A DNA stretch of 64,000 nt. Origin: Octopus vulgaris (taxonomy: Eukaryota). Below, in pieces: positions 26,568 through 40,779 of this stretch. The notes below the pieces were generated by a model. That model was not told the origin of the DNA. It ran no database searches and saw only the letters and a list, made by a program, of their open reading frames with translations. Numbering within the stretch: position 1 is the stretch's first letter; the number at the start of each line of letters is the position of its first letter. The position numbers and the translations under genes are program-made. The stretch lies in contig OX597815.1 in NCBI GenBank assembly GCA_951406725.2, forward strand, positions 167,276,001-167,340,000, given 5' to 3'.

Positions 26568-26649
26568 CAACACCGATTTCGCGTTCGGCTCAGCCGGAGA
26601 ACGCAAATATGCAATTCATCGTATATATGTGTGTCTGTATGTCTTTCTC

Positions 26650-26716
<67 letters not shown>

Positions 26717-26773
26717 GATTAAGTGTACCATGCACCCTATTTAAAGGAATAAAAAGTACATATGTATGCCCAT

Positions 26774-26806
<33 letters not shown>

Positions 26807-26832
26807 CTCATACGTGCATACATACATATATA

Positions 26833-26867
<35 letters not shown>

Positions 26868-27844
26868 ATATACATACATACACACTCACACACACAGAGT
26901 TCGTGATTCCCGGCAAACTTGAAATATGAAAGAAAACAAAATGGGTTTCCAGAATTTCTCATAAAAGAACCCCAATTTTTATGTGTTAGTTTTCCCTCTC
27001 TGATGTAGCGTTTTCATCAGTAGTAAAGAAGTGCCATGAACACAAAAGCAATTCCATTAAAATAATACTTGTATACTCGTGTATAAAACTCTAACAAAGT
27101 ACGAAAATGAATGGATTAAAATTGTCCTTAATATAAAATGAAAACATTTTAATAAAATTGATAACAATGTATCAAGCATTACATATCGTTAAGTTTTTAG
27201 TCACACACTTGATTTCAATTTTCAAATAAAACGCATAAATTTCAGTTTCGATGCAATGTGAAGAAATATTACTGAGAACAAGGAAAGGTTTCTGCGATTA
27301 ACTATTGCATGTGATGTAACTACCCCACTTGACAACGTTTCTTAAATAATCAGATAAACGAATACTCTTTTGATTGTTTTCAACGGTTTTGTTGATAGCA
27401 GCATTTCATCTCTGCAGTAGGGACTTTCTTTGGACTGTATGAGTGTTGCACTAACTATGGTTTTAGATCCAGAGTGGCAAATGGAGCATTGTTCTAACAT
27501 TGTTGTGAACATTCTTTCGTAGAGTTTCTCCACGATATTTGTAATGATGTTTCTGATTTTAAAATTATAATTAAGTTAAATGCATTCAAAATTAAGAGAC
27601 TATTATTTAAGTATTTCACCAATCCAGTAATAACTGTATTCCACCGTTGTTCGATTTCTTTTTTCAATCATTCTTTCAACAAAAGTGATTCAGCTCTTCT
27701 AAAATAATTACAAATATAACTTCTGGAAAACATGTAATTAATTTTTCCTGTCCCTGTAAAATTATAAATTGATAAATCATTTGACAAGTAATTTATGTGT
27801 TCACTTAATTTGCGACATTATGAATATTTTGTGTATGTTGTATA

Positions 27845-28139
27845 TCTTTATATATAAAAGTAAGGTTGTGTATCTGTCTCCTACGATTTAGATTCCTAAC
27901 TACTCCCACATTTTGCGGTGCAGTTTAACCAAAACTGGGTATCTTATAGTCGTGATTCATATCGAGCCTTTCTGGGTATTAGCGCGCGTCTACGATGAGT
28001 CTACGATTAAAAAAAAAATTACCATCATTTTTTCCCATTTTAATGCATTTTTTTTGCTATTTTTTGGCTATAACTCTCTAAAAATGCTTATATAGTTATT
28101 TCCCTTACAAACCCGAGCAACGCCGGGCGATACTGCTAG
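27845..28139 (+). mobile_element. Complete non-autonomous Helitron (~295 bp)
   Basis: 5' a|TC, subterminal hairpin cccgagc-aac-gccggg, and 3' CTAG|t, i.e. an insertion between A and T. Confidence 0.85.
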
Positions 28140-28627
28140 TATTCCATATAAGACGGCCTGGTAAACTGCCGAACGAGAGCAACGATCTCTGATTAGTGAT
28201 GCATGTTATTCTGTAATAGCGTGAATATATTACATACACACTGCATACATGCACACACACACACACACAGGCACATACACACATACATAAATACACACGC
28301 ATATTCAATAAAGTTGACGACCTAGTCTGAGTTTCACCATTAGATGTGATGGTGTGAAGCCAAGGGAGAAACTCAGAGCATAATTTGAAATTTGACATTT
28401 CAAATATGTGTGTATGTGCGTGTGTGTGTGTGTGTGTGTGTATACACACATATACAATAATCTTTGCAGAGTACGATATTTATTATTCTTCAGAATCATA
28501 GTGTTGGCAGTGACTTCGAAATTTTCGGCCTCCCAGCCTTCACCTAACTAGCCTGTGAAAGCTTGCTGGTGGAAACTTCGACGTCACTTTCAACGCACTT
28601 CTTGTAAAATATTAATACATGTAATTC

Positions 28628-28778
28628 CGATGAGGTCGGCTTTCGAATTCAGCCGAGGTCGACTTTGTCTTTTATTATATCTAGTCGAGAACATAGGTAC
28701 TAGTTGAACTCTAGAGTGGATGTAATCGACTTTACCCCACTCCCGACCTTGCTGGCCTTGGGCCAGAATTTAAAACCA
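28628..28778 (+). mobile_element. SINE family A (partial, diverged)
   Basis: Contains gccgaggtcgactttgtc..gatgtaatcgactttacccc..ttgctggccttg. Confidence 0.65.
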
Positions 28779-28875
28779 GTATATGTGTGTGTGTGTGTAA
28801 TATATAAACGTTGATACATGGATACATAGATATATAGATTTACTCAAACACACGCTCACACACGCACGCACACCC

Positions 28876-28907
<32 letters not shown>

Positions 28908-29217
28908 CAAGTTGTGTGTGCGTGTGTGTGAGACTGTCTGTGTGTTTGTGTGTGTGTGTGTGTGCAAAGTGTTATATCATCGGGTAGCGACACTTCTATC
29001 ACTTGTCCACCACACTTGTATCTCGTTTTTAACACTATATTTCTCAATATGCGCTCTTAAATTACTAACCCTGTCAACAGTTTGATATGAGGCCCTTGTC
29101 GTTCCCTGCGACAAATAAGGGGTGGGAAATATTGTCCTTAATCTTTGTATTTTCTCAAAGATTTAGAATCTCGGTTGTTTCTCAAGAGAAAAAATTGGCT
29201 CGAAAACGGTACAATTC

Positions 29218-29261
<44 letters not shown>

Positions 29262-29662
29262 TGTTATTCTTTGCTTTTTCTGAAATAAAGACAGCCCTTT
29301 ATTGGGGTGGGAAGGAGAAATGCTGATTTCTGCTAGTTTCATTGGTGACAGGAAATGAAAATGTCAAATCTTCTAGTATGTTGTTTAACAACGCTTTATC
29401 TATCTTTCAATCCAAAACATTATATATGTATGTATATAAATACATATATATACATATATAAATATATACATACATATATTTATGCATATATATATATAAT
29501 GTATATATATATATACATACATACATATATATACATATATATATATATATGTATGTGTGTGTGTAAAAAAAAAATATATATATATATACATACATATATA
29601 TATGTTAATATAACTATATGCAGATATGTATACATCCATACGCATTAATGCACATATCTTAA

Positions 29663-29985
29663 GGAGCACTTCGTCAGTTACGACGACGAGGGACCCAGCT
29701 GATACGATCAACGGAGCAGCTTGCTCTTGAAATTAACGTGCAAGTGGCTGAGCACTCCACAGACACGTGTACCCTTAACGTATTTATCAGGGGGATTCAG
29801 CGTGACACAGAGTGTGAAAAGGCTGGCCCTTTGAAATACAGGAACTACTCACTTTTGCCAGCGGAGTAGACTGAAGCAACGTGAAATAAGATGTCTTGCT
29901 CGAGGACACAACGCGTCGCCTGGAATTGAACTTGCAACCTAACGATCGTGAGCCGAATGCCATAACCACTAAGCGACGTGCCTTC
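29663..29985 (-). mobile_element. tRNA-derived SINE family C
   Basis: The head resembles family B (gcaacgtgaaataag..gtcttgctc..ggaattgaac..taaccactaagc) but the body differs (aattaacgtgcaagtggctgagcactccacagacacg). Confidence 0.75.
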
Positions 29986-30707
29986 GCAATGCATATATAT
30001 GTGTACATGTATACATCTATACGTATTAATGCATATATATGTGTACATGTATACATATGTAAGTATAAATATGTATACACATGTATGTTTATATGTACAT
30101 GTGTATATATATGTATGTGTGTATACGTATGTGTGTGTGTGTGTGTGTATGTGTGTGTGTAGATTATATATATATACAATTTTTATATAAATATAATACC
30201 GTACATTTTATAGTTTTCCGCATATTTCTTTAAATGAAAGTGGGAATTGGGGAATACAATTGTTTCACGCAGTAGTATGTACCATTGAGTCTAGAACCAG
30301 TAATGATTAATTTTACCGGCGTTATTTTTGAACTCGATCAGTAACGAAAATAAAAGGGCCGTGTCATTTTTTTCTATTCTTGATAATTCCCGATAAAAAA
30401 CACATTTTTCGAAATATTGTGAAGGAATTGTGCCAAATAGAGGAATCATTCTTGTGTTGTAAAGCAAAATGCGAGATCGGCTAGGTAATATTTGAACACA
30501 ACGTATATGTCTGATGTACACAAAACTGCTATAGACATTACTTTTTAATTGATTTTTATTTAGCTTTGTTTCTCCAACTGAGAATATCTAAAAGCGGGAA
30601 AATAATTACTCGTATTTATATTTATTGACATTGTATATTGGAATTGCGAAGTCAACCGGAGTTTTATGGATCGTTAACTGTATACGAGATCACAACTTTG
30701 TTCGGGG

Positions 30708-30746
<39 letters not shown>

Positions 30747-30808
30747 CTATTTCTCTCCCTCACACACACACACAAATATGCGTGTGTATACATATATGTA
30801 TGTGTATG

Positions 30809-30865
<57 letters not shown>

Positions 30866-31533
30866 CATACATATATATATATATTGTGTAGATATATATA
30901 CTTATGATATATAACTATATATATATATATATACATATAGGTACACACATATGCATAAATAAATATGTGTGTGTTTTTGTTAATATTTTTCAGATGCAAC
31001 AGAATGACTCAAGATTCGAGAGTTTCGTGCATTAAATTCAGACATATCCATTTGACTTCCCACAATTTCTCACTTTCCGTCAGATGGCTCCCTCGACTAC
31101 AATAGCAAACGTTCTAGTTAGTATCTGTAGTGCACCGAGAATGACTCCCAAATTACGTGTGGGTGAATCAGACAAAATGACCAGTGTCCAGACCTGCGTT
31201 CAAACCGCTTATGACATTGTTGGGATATGTGATTAAGCATTAAAAGTATCTTCCGAAATTTAATTTTAGGAAACATCATCCAATAATTTTTTCATAAAAT
31301 ATTTTGTTTCCTCTCTTTTTGAATGTTAAGTTTGAAATATTTGCTTCAAAAGAAATGTAGACGTTATTGCGTCACTAACGGTACGAAATCACAGGCTGAC
31401 ATTTTAATTCTGAGAATATATGAACAGTTTAAAATTCAGGAACCATATACATAGAAATTAAAAATACAATAAGCATATGAACGTTGTTCCCTATACGCAC
31501 ATACATATATGCATATATATATATATATATATG

Positions 31534-31632
<99 letters not shown>

Positions 31633-31883
31633 GTCGTTGCTATAATGTTAAACTGTCGTATGTCCAAATCTGGCCAAATGCTCTTTTCTTTCAATATTTG
31701 TTTTTGCTAGTAGTAGCCAGTTCTTTTGATAAAACTATCGTATCTCCAGCTTCGTCAGATTCCAAGATATCAAAATTTACCAAAGTGTGTAGTACAAAGG
31801 TTTTGCTATAGAATGGTGAAACTATTTTTACGTGTCCTCAAAAAGCAACGCTTTGGACTTACGACACTTTTGCATAATAAAGA

Positions 31884-31949
<66 letters not shown>

Positions 31950-31953
<4 letters not shown>

Positions 31954-32620
31954 CATGTACTCAGAAAAATACATAAACACTACCCTAATCCTCCTTCAAG
32001 ACAATACCTACTATGAAAAAAAAAATCACCAACTACAGTCAATCTAAGATGATAAACTTTCTACCCTTATCCATCAGTTCCAACGAGACTTAATCGAAAA
32101 GAAGAGTGATTACTTGACTAGATTTGACTACAAAACCAGCAACTTTTACGGACTTCCCCAAATCCACAAAAGTGAAGTTATAAACGAAGCTTGTAACAAA
32201 TCAACTGTAGTCATAAATATTCCATACCCGAAAGATCTCAAAATGAGGCCAACTGTGGCCGGTCTCACGTGTGAGACATACACACTCAGTAACTTTAATG
32301 ACAACCTCCAACATATACATGTTCTCCAACATATACCGAGCTTTATAAGGGATGATCTGGACTTTTTAAACCATCTCCCGAAAAAAACCCAGCAAGGACT
32401 TCCTTCTGGTTTCATTCGATGCAATAAACATTTACACCGCGATTCCTCACGAATATAGAATAATACCCATACAATACTGGCTGGAAAAACTCCGAAATGA
32501 CATTCCTGGCCGAATCGGAAAAGAATTCATCGTTGAAGGAATAAAATCCATCCTACAGAACAACTTCTGCGATTTCAACGAGAAAACTTATAGACATTTA
32601 TCGGGCACGGCGATGTGAAC
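31950..32620 (+). mobile_element. Penelope-like (Neptune-type) reverse transcriptase fragment, decayed
   Basis: KTSNFYGLPQIHKS..PKDLKMRPTVAG..LSNF..SFIRDDLDFLNHLP / LLVSFDAINIYTAIPH..YWLE..ILQNNF..TYRHLSGTAM*, matching PLE RT motifs with frameshifts. Confidence 0.9.
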
Positions 32621-33025
32621 GTTACAAGCGAAGTTCCTCCACACGACGGAATGAGAATCAGAAATATTGTAAATCCCTTTCTTTATTATCTTCATTTCTC
32701 CCTTGTTTTTTCTTTGTCTTAACTCAGTATGACTGAAACTTTGATGATATTTATTTCTTGTCGATCGCTACTAACACTAATGAACTTTGTATATTTAAAC
32801 AACCCGATGCACAGTTTTTTATATTATTGACTGTTATGAACATTTAAACTTCTCAACATTGAAATTTTCAAACCTGTTTTTCTAATTCATAATTCTAAAT
32901 TTTTTAAATTGATAAACAAAAATTATTGTTGAAAGTAGTCTGGTATATATGTGAATAAATCTATTTTAAACAGTTACAAGTTTTTCAAATTTAGGTGCAT
33001 TTTTAACAACAAATTTGCCTATATA

Positions 33026-33090
<65 letters not shown>

Positions 33091-33093
<3 letters not shown>

Positions 33094-33301
33094 TGTTTGT
33101 GTGTCTGTGTTTGTCCCCCTAGCATTGCTTGATAACCGATGCTGGTGTGTTTATGTCCCCGTTACTAAGCGGTTCTGCAAAAGAGACCGACAGAATAAGT
33201 ACTGGGCTTACAAAAGAATAAGTCCCGGGGTCGAGTTGCTCGATTAAAGCCGGTGCTCCAGCATGGCCGCAGTCAAATGACTGAAACAAGTAAAAGAGTA
33301 A

Positions 33302-33303
<2 letters not shown>
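33091..33303 (+). mobile_element. SINE D/E 3' half
   Basis: Contains gtgtctgtgtttgtcccc..gcggttctgcaaaagagaccg..gctccagcatggccgcagtcaaatgactgaaacaagtaaaaga. Confidence 0.85.
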
Positions 33304-33370
<67 letters not shown>

Positions 33371-33406
33371 TGTATGTATTTATGGATATACGTATATATA
33401 TGTATT

Positions 33407-33607
33407 GGAGGCGCAATGGCCCAGTGGTTAGGGCTGCAGACTCGCAGTCGTTGGATCGTGGTTTCGATTTCCAGACCGGCCGTTGTGAGTGTTTATTGAG
33501 TGAAAATACCTAAAACTTCAAGAGGCTCCGGCAGGGGGGGGGGGCGATCCCTGCTGTACTCTTTCGCCATAACTTTCTCTCACTCTTTCTTCTGTTGGCC
33601 TGCTCGT
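33407..33607 (+). mobile_element. tRNA-derived SINE family F (5' part)
   Basis: A box tggcccagtgg and B box ggtttcgatt(t)cc. Related to the copy at 57961-58263. Confidence 0.75.
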
Positions 33608-33674
33608 GTAGTCTAGTCGGTCACTTGATCACGATATATATATATATATCCATATATATATATTTGCATATATA

Positions 33675-33835
33675 TTGATAGAAATGGTAAGACAACAAAA
33701 GGATGAAAGAGACCTCGATATTATGTAAATAGAGTAATTTATCTGTAAATCTAAAATGCGACAATTGTTCGGTAGCCATGATAAAACTCCGAGTTTTGGA
33801 TGTCGTTAACCGGCCATCGGAAATAATGCAAATAT
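33675..33835 (-). mobile_element. PLE-type terminus (same family as 61993-62192), HHR core deleted
   Basis: aaatggtaagacaacaaaag..tcggtagccatgataaaactccgagtt is shared with the 62.0 kb copy. Confidence 0.65.
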
Positions 33836-33910
33836 ATTTATATATATATATAACTTTTTTTCAGAATGAGATAAGGCTGTGAAAGATTTTAGAACATTTA
33901 TAAATAGAAG

Positions 33911-33956
33911 GTCTTACAGCTGTTTCCGGGATATTTTATGTCCCTTCATCGGAGAC
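33911..33956 (-). ncRNA. Hammerhead motif with one core substitution
   Basis: Minus strand: GTCT-CCGATGA-A-GGGA..TCCC-G-GAAAC-AGCT-GTA-AGAC. Helix III is the palindrome ACAGCTGT and the core carries U4C. Confidence 0.55.
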
Positions 33957-34320
33957 GGTGTGAGAAATGGTTAAGCAATAGTTATTTTAGATAAGATATG
34001 AAATAGAGAGTGAAGTGGAGGAATGAAAATAGGCGTGAGATATGCAGGGATATTGCATGGATCTACAGAAAAGTTATGAATGCTTGTTTCTCAAATTTGA
34101 GGGACATAATATAATTCTATACATTTTTATGGATATAGTTTTATATGGGGACTTCTAATATATGTCGCCGGCATCATTGGGGTAAGGCAAAAATTATCAA
34201 CCACACCGCTAATTGACACATTTGACACATCATTACTTAGCATCGTAGCATAGCCTGAAAGAATACGGATGACATGGAAAAATGCCCGCAAGAAAAATTA
34301 ATAGTCTTAACATAATAAAT

Positions 34321-34401
34321 TTGGAAAAGTACAGGACAAGTTATTAGACTTGGAAAAGTTCAGGACAAGTTAGTACATCTGGTAAAGTACAGAACAAGAA
34401 C
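34321..34401 (+). repeat. ~29-bp minisatellite, 3 degenerate copies
   Basis: ttggaaaagtacaggacaagtta / ttggaaaagttcaggacaagtta / ctggtaaagtacagaacaag. Confidence 0.75.
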
Positions 34402-34423
34402 ATTTTTACTTAAAATATAGTTG

Positions 34424-34497
<74 letters not shown>

Positions 34498-34654
34498 GAT
34501 GTTGAAGTTGTTGTTGTTATTATTATTATGATAGCCGGCAAAAATGATGAAATAAAGGACCGGTGTTTTGTAGTGAAGTCTTGTAATATACACACGCGTG
34601 CGCGCGCACACACACACACACATATATGTACCTAGAGTAGAAAAGATTATTTAA

Positions 34655-35030
34655 GGTGGTGAGATGGCAGAAGCGTTAGTCCGCCGGGCGAAATGCTTAG
34701 CGGTATTTCGTCTGACGTTACGTTCTAAGTTCAAATTCCGCCGAAGTCGACTTTGCCTTTCATCCTTTCGGGTTCGATTAAATAAGTACCAGTTAGACAC
34801 AGGGGTCGATGTATTCGACTTACTCCGTTTGTCTGTCCTTGTTTGTCCTCTCTGTGTTTAGCCTCTTGTTGTACGGAAATAGGTATTTCGTCTGTCTTTG
34901 CGTTCTGACTTCAAATTCCGCCAAGGTCGACTTTCCCTTTCATCCTTTCAGTGTCGATAAATTAAGTATCAGTTGCGCACTGGAGGTCAGTCTCCCCACA
35001 AATTTCAAGCCATGTGCTTAGAGTAGAAAA
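34655..35030 (+). mobile_element. Two tandem SINE family A copies
   Basis: ttcaaattccgcc.a.gtcgacttt.cctttcatccttt occurs at ~34730 and ~34910. Confidence 0.8.
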
Positions 35031-35059
35031 GAATATATATATATGTATGTATGTATGTT

Positions 35060-35193
<134 letters not shown>

Positions 35194-35701
35194 TTTTTTT
35201 CTGCGATCAGATCTGATTTTGATTCGTTAAAAAATTGATGACGTTTTTCTTCCGTGGTCAAGCTTGTCGTTCTACTTGGTTGGTTTCCTTACAGGATACA
35301 GTTGGGGGTCTTTACCTTGTAATCGTTGAAGTTTGGTTTTGATTGGTTTTGAATTATGTGACGTCAGTGAACAGTACCAGTGAACCCACCACTATTGCTG
35401 CTACGATCAACAGCCCTCTACTACTAACCCCAACCACCACCAAGGTTGCCAAAATTACGACCAACTACTACGACCAACAATCACTACTGTTGCTACCATT
35501 GGAACACAAGGTAACAAAAAAGCGGTTCCTTTTAATACCAGCAAGAAACAATAATGGACTTCTTCAATACACTCAACAGGAATATAACGATTATACCAAC
35601 TACCGACAAAACACCACCACGTGGATTCTATTGAGAACAGTAAGAAACGATTATGAACTTCTCCAGTACACTTCTATTCTCCATTACACTTTTTATAATA
35701 C

Positions 35702-35744
35702 TTTTGATAAGGTTCGTTTTTTCAAGAACCGAAACATGTAAAAT
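35702..35744 (+). ncRNA. Hammerhead-like motif (U3-A8 core, weak stem I)
   Basis: TT-TTGATAA-GGTTC..GAACC-GAAAC-AT-GTA-AA. Helix II is a perfect 5 bp and helix III is the palindrome ACATGT. It lies downstream of T-rich PLE-like sequence. Confidence 0.5.
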
Positions 35745-35798
35745 CCATAAGAAAATTAAAATTTATCTAATATAGTGGCGTTTTCAAACTTCTTTTTT

Positions 35799-35856
<58 letters not shown>

Positions 35857-36292
35857 GTTACATATACATATAGTTTTCGATATATATATATATATATAAA
35901 CGGCAGTCTGTTTGGTTGTATGTTTGTATTAATTTGCTATATGCACCCGTTCACGAATCTTGAAACTTCACATATATGTTAAACCACCGTCAAGATTTAT
36001 ACTAGGCTCATTGCGGTTTCATAAAAATCTATAATTGTATGGCCAGGGCCCCTAGAAGGGATTCAGATATAATCCATCTGTTTTCCTTTAACGGCCAAGA
36101 GGAAACAATCCATTCATTTTTCTTTATTTTTCTTTTTTGTCCAGTGGTCATTTCTCCTTCCATTTATTAGAGACGCAGTATCCTTAGCGTGACCGTTTAC
36201 CAGTGGTTAATACGTGTGCATTCTACATTAAGAGGACTTCCTCACAAGAAGTTGTCTGATAAGGTCAGTGTCATTATCAATCTTAATATAAT

Positions 36293-36422
36293 GATCTGGA
36301 AAAAAGAGATAATCCAAATATGGGGCTTAAAAATAGAAACAATATCTATACAAATAGGAACTTTGGTAATGATAAAAGAAATAAGCATTTTACCCGGCAT
36401 ACTAACGATTTTGTCAGCTCAC

Positions 36423-36478
<56 letters not shown>

Positions 36479-36568
36479 CAACAACAACAACAACAACAAC
36501 AGCAACAACAATAACAACAACAACAATTATAATAATAATAATAATAACAACAACAACAGCAACAGCAG

Positions 36569-36638
<70 letters not shown>

Positions 36639-36640
36639 TT
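36293..36640 (+). mobile_element. R4/Dong-like RLE fragment followed by (AAT)n/(AAC)n
   Basis: DL..KEIIQIWGLKIETISIQIGTL parallels KDLGIEVTRM*NLKTETIPIIV in the 2.7-3.3 kb copy. Confidence 0.55.
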
Positions 36641-36782
36641 CGCTTTTGTATTTGGTTTGCAAGATTCTTTATGTGAGTTTGTGTGTTGAAGCATATTTGA
36701 TTGTGTCTGGGGAGAGTTATTCGCTTTTAGTGCTTTATTCCTTAACACACTCACCGGTTCGATTTCCACTCATTTACAATTT

Positions 36783-37709
<927 letters not shown>

Positions 37710-37731
37710 TGCAAGACGCAAGGAGAATTTT

Positions 37732-38494
37732 AGAAAAGAAAATAAGCATGGTACCGTAGACTGCAGGTTGTAAGCCTGCGATGTATGCAAGACTCCAGGA
37801 GTTCCAACAAAATCTGTGATAAAAAGAAAACAATAATAATAGTAATAAGTGTCTCCGGTGTGATGAAATTATTGCCCATATTACGATCGAATGCCATAAA
37901 CTTGCCCAAAATCATTACAAGTTGGAGCGACACAACCAGGTAGCGGAAGTGCTACATTGAAAACCGTACGAAAAGCGGGGCTAGAGAGAGGCAAGGCGTG
38001 GTATGAGTACAAACTGCAGAGAGTGATAGAGTCGGAGACTAGCAAAATCCTCTGGGATTTACTAATCCAAACAGATCAGGTGTTAGAGTGATGGTGGACA
38101 AGGTGCACCATATATGCTATATAGCTGATGTTGCATGCCTTTCTGACCCATGAATAGTCAAGAAGGAAGGCGAAAAGATAGATAGATACAACCTTCTTCA
38201 ATACGAAATAGCCCGGTTATGGACAATCAGGAAGGTGAAGATAGTGCCAATCGTTGCTGGGTTCTTGGGAACAGTATCAGAAGGCATCGTAAGGAATATA
38301 ATGGAATTTGGAATAGCGTGCCCAGTAGAACTGTTACAAAAGTTTTACCTCTTTGGCACACTCAGAATAATCAGGAAAGTATTAGATAGCTGAAAAGAAC
38401 GAATAGCATGGTACCGTAGGCTGCATGTACGCATGCAAGACGCAAGGAGCTACAACAAAACCTGTGATAAAAAGAAAATAATGATAATAATAAA
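37732..38494 (+). mobile_element. Two tandem R4/Dong-like 3' ends
   Basis: Translation reads KLAQNHYKLERHNQVA..WYEYK..KILWDLLIQTD..EKIDRY..IVPIVAGFLG..GTLRIIRKVLDS*. The UTR agcatggtaccgtag.ctgca..ctgtgataaaaagaaaa plus (AAT)-like tail occurs twice (~37745 and ~38405). Confidence 0.85.
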
Positions 38495-39036
38495 TGACCT
38501 GAGCCAATACCAGGCTTCTGATCTTAACGGATTGGAAGTGTTATCATGTACATGTTTTGTCTTGGTATAAAAGATGGGCTACAACAAATATTCTGTTCAA
38601 TACCACAGATTTTCTTGTCAGTTGCTTGATCATAATCAGTTGAGCATGTCCCTTAGTGGTTGACGGTATGTGCATCTCTGATCCCGAGCAGAAGTAGTTG
38701 GGGAGCCTCATAGCCACGTGTTGAGAGGAATTCTTTGGGGATTTGAATAATTCACCCCCGGAAACATGAGTGTTTCGTTCAACATCCTTAAATAACCTTT
38801 ATTCCGGGGTCTTTTGAGCGGGATAAGCTACTCGACCGGAAGAAAATTCTAACAGGGCACCACCTGCGAGATCATGCGTTGTTTATCTTGATATGAGGTC
38901 AATATGTCATGCATTTATGGTTGTGATGCATGTGCCTGGTGTGCCCTTATCAGACGGGTGGTCATGATGGGTATTGTGGGCTTCATATATTTGTACTCCA
39001 GTGCCATTTTTTATGGCATGCGCTGCTCTCTCACTC

Positions 39037-39107
<71 letters not shown>

Positions 39108-39130
39108 CAACAACAACAACAACAACAATG
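38495..39130 (+). mobile_element. Unclassified interspersed repeat ending in (AAT)n/(AAC)n
   Basis: A ~540-bp segment ending ..gctctctcactc(aat)n. It is recalled as a common octopus repeat, but is single-copy here and unverified. Confidence 0.45.
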
Positions 39131-39159
39131 ATAATAACAGCAACACCAACAACAACAAA

Positions 39160-39330
39160 ATGACAATTCTCTGGGATTTCATCCCACAAACAGACCATTC
39201 AATAGAACACAGAAACCTTGATTCGAACCTGTACAAGGCGGAACTGTGACATTATTGACAAAGCAATCCCCAACAAAAAGATTAAAAGAAGTAAAGAGAA
39301 ATAAGTGATCAACGACAGCGGACTATTCTT
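39160..39330 (+). mobile_element. R4/Dong-like RLE fragment
   Basis: MTILWDFIPQTDHSIEHRNLD matches the ILWDFxIQTD..HxRPD motif and directly follows (AAT)n/(AAC)n. Confidence 0.6.
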
Positions 39331-39584
39331 AGCTGGAAAAGATATGGAAGTATAATTCCAATCGCAGAAGTTGCGTACGGAATGGTAGCTATTTTTCTTA
39401 AGTTCTATTGAGATAAGATGCAATTCATAAAAGGTAGCAGAGTGGCATGGGGCTGCTGCAGAAAGCCACGTTGCTGGGAATGGTAAGAATGAGTCCTTGA
39501 GACCTGAGGCTGATTGGTGTAGCATGCTTTCAAGGATAAATTATTCCCGTTCAAAATTCAATGATGGTGATGTTGATAATGATG

Positions 39585-39616
<32 letters not shown>

Positions 39617-39672
39617 GATGAAGAGGAGGAGGAGGATGGTGGTGGTGGTGGTGGTGGTGGTGGTGGTGGTGA

Positions 39673-39830
39673 TGGTTTCAAATCTTAGCTCAAGGCCAGC
39701 AATTTCAGGGGTAGGGATCAGTCGATTACATCGACTCCTAATGTTCAGCTGAAACTTATTTTGTCGGCCCCGAAATAAAAGGTAAAATCGACCGACCTCG
39801 GCGGAATTTGAACTCAGAATGTTAAAAACA
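39673..39830 (-). mobile_element. SINE family A
   Basis: Contains caaggccagcaattt..agtcgattacatcgac..gacctcggcggaatttgaactcagaa. Confidence 0.8.
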
Positions 39831-40160
39831 AGGATGAATATGATAACGACGATGACGATGACGACCACGACGACAATGGTGATGATGACGATGATGACGA
39901 TGATGATCATGACAATCAGTGAAACATGCAAAAAAAATCTTCGATTCATTTGATACGGTAACACGTTAATCGTGATTGATAGAAACTTGAACGTATGTAT
40001 AAATATACGCATAGATGTATATGTGCGTATCTACCTTTCTTTAAACGCACACAAACACACATGATTACGCTTTCGGAGCATTAGCGACAACAAATACATC
40101 AACAACAGCTATATGATGATAATAATAATAATAATAATGATAATAATAATAATAATAATA

Positions 40161-40201
<41 letters not shown>

Positions 40202-40202
40202 A

Positions 40203-40346
40203 GGGACGGGAAAGATTATCAGGAGGGTCTTAAGCACTTGAAAGATTATTGAAAGCTTGTGGATACCTAAGATTACTCGCTACCCACATACATTTTACCA
40301 GGAATAAGAATGAACCCGAGTTAAATCAATAATAATAATAATAATG

Positions 40347-40410
<64 letters not shown>
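40203..40410 (+). mobile_element. Extreme 3' end of an R4/Dong-like element in a (GAT)n/(AAT)n array
   Basis: GTGKIIRRVLST* (compare GTLRIIRKVLDS* at 38.4 kb), followed by a short UTR and (AAT)n. Confidence 0.6.
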
Positions 40411-40411
<1 letters not shown>

Positions 40412-40716
40412 TTTCTTCTTCTACTTATTACTATTATTATTATTATCATTGTTGTTATCATTAATATTATTATTATTATTATCATCATCATCATCATCAT
40501 CATCATCATTATTATAGCAGTCTCTAATTTAGGTACAAGGCCAACACTTGTAAGTTAAGGTGAACCCCAGTATTTTACAATAACTTCATCGGCCCCCGAG
40601 GTGGGATGCGGGATGAAAGGCACGACTCGTCTGAGTGGGATTTTAATAAATATGATTACAAGAACAACAGCAACAACTACAGCAACAACAACAACAAGAA
40701 CATCAATAACAATAAC

Positions 40717-40779
<63 letters not shown>

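Noticed and set aside
33270-33300. cagtc-aaat-gactGAAACaaGTA in the SINE E tail resembling an HHR 3' half
   Set aside because: There is no CUGANGA upstream, and it is better explained as a LINE-derived 3' stem-loop.
34321-34401. 29-bp repeats as a possible CRISPR array
   Set aside because: The units are contiguous with no unique spacers, there are no cas genes, and the context is eukaryotic.
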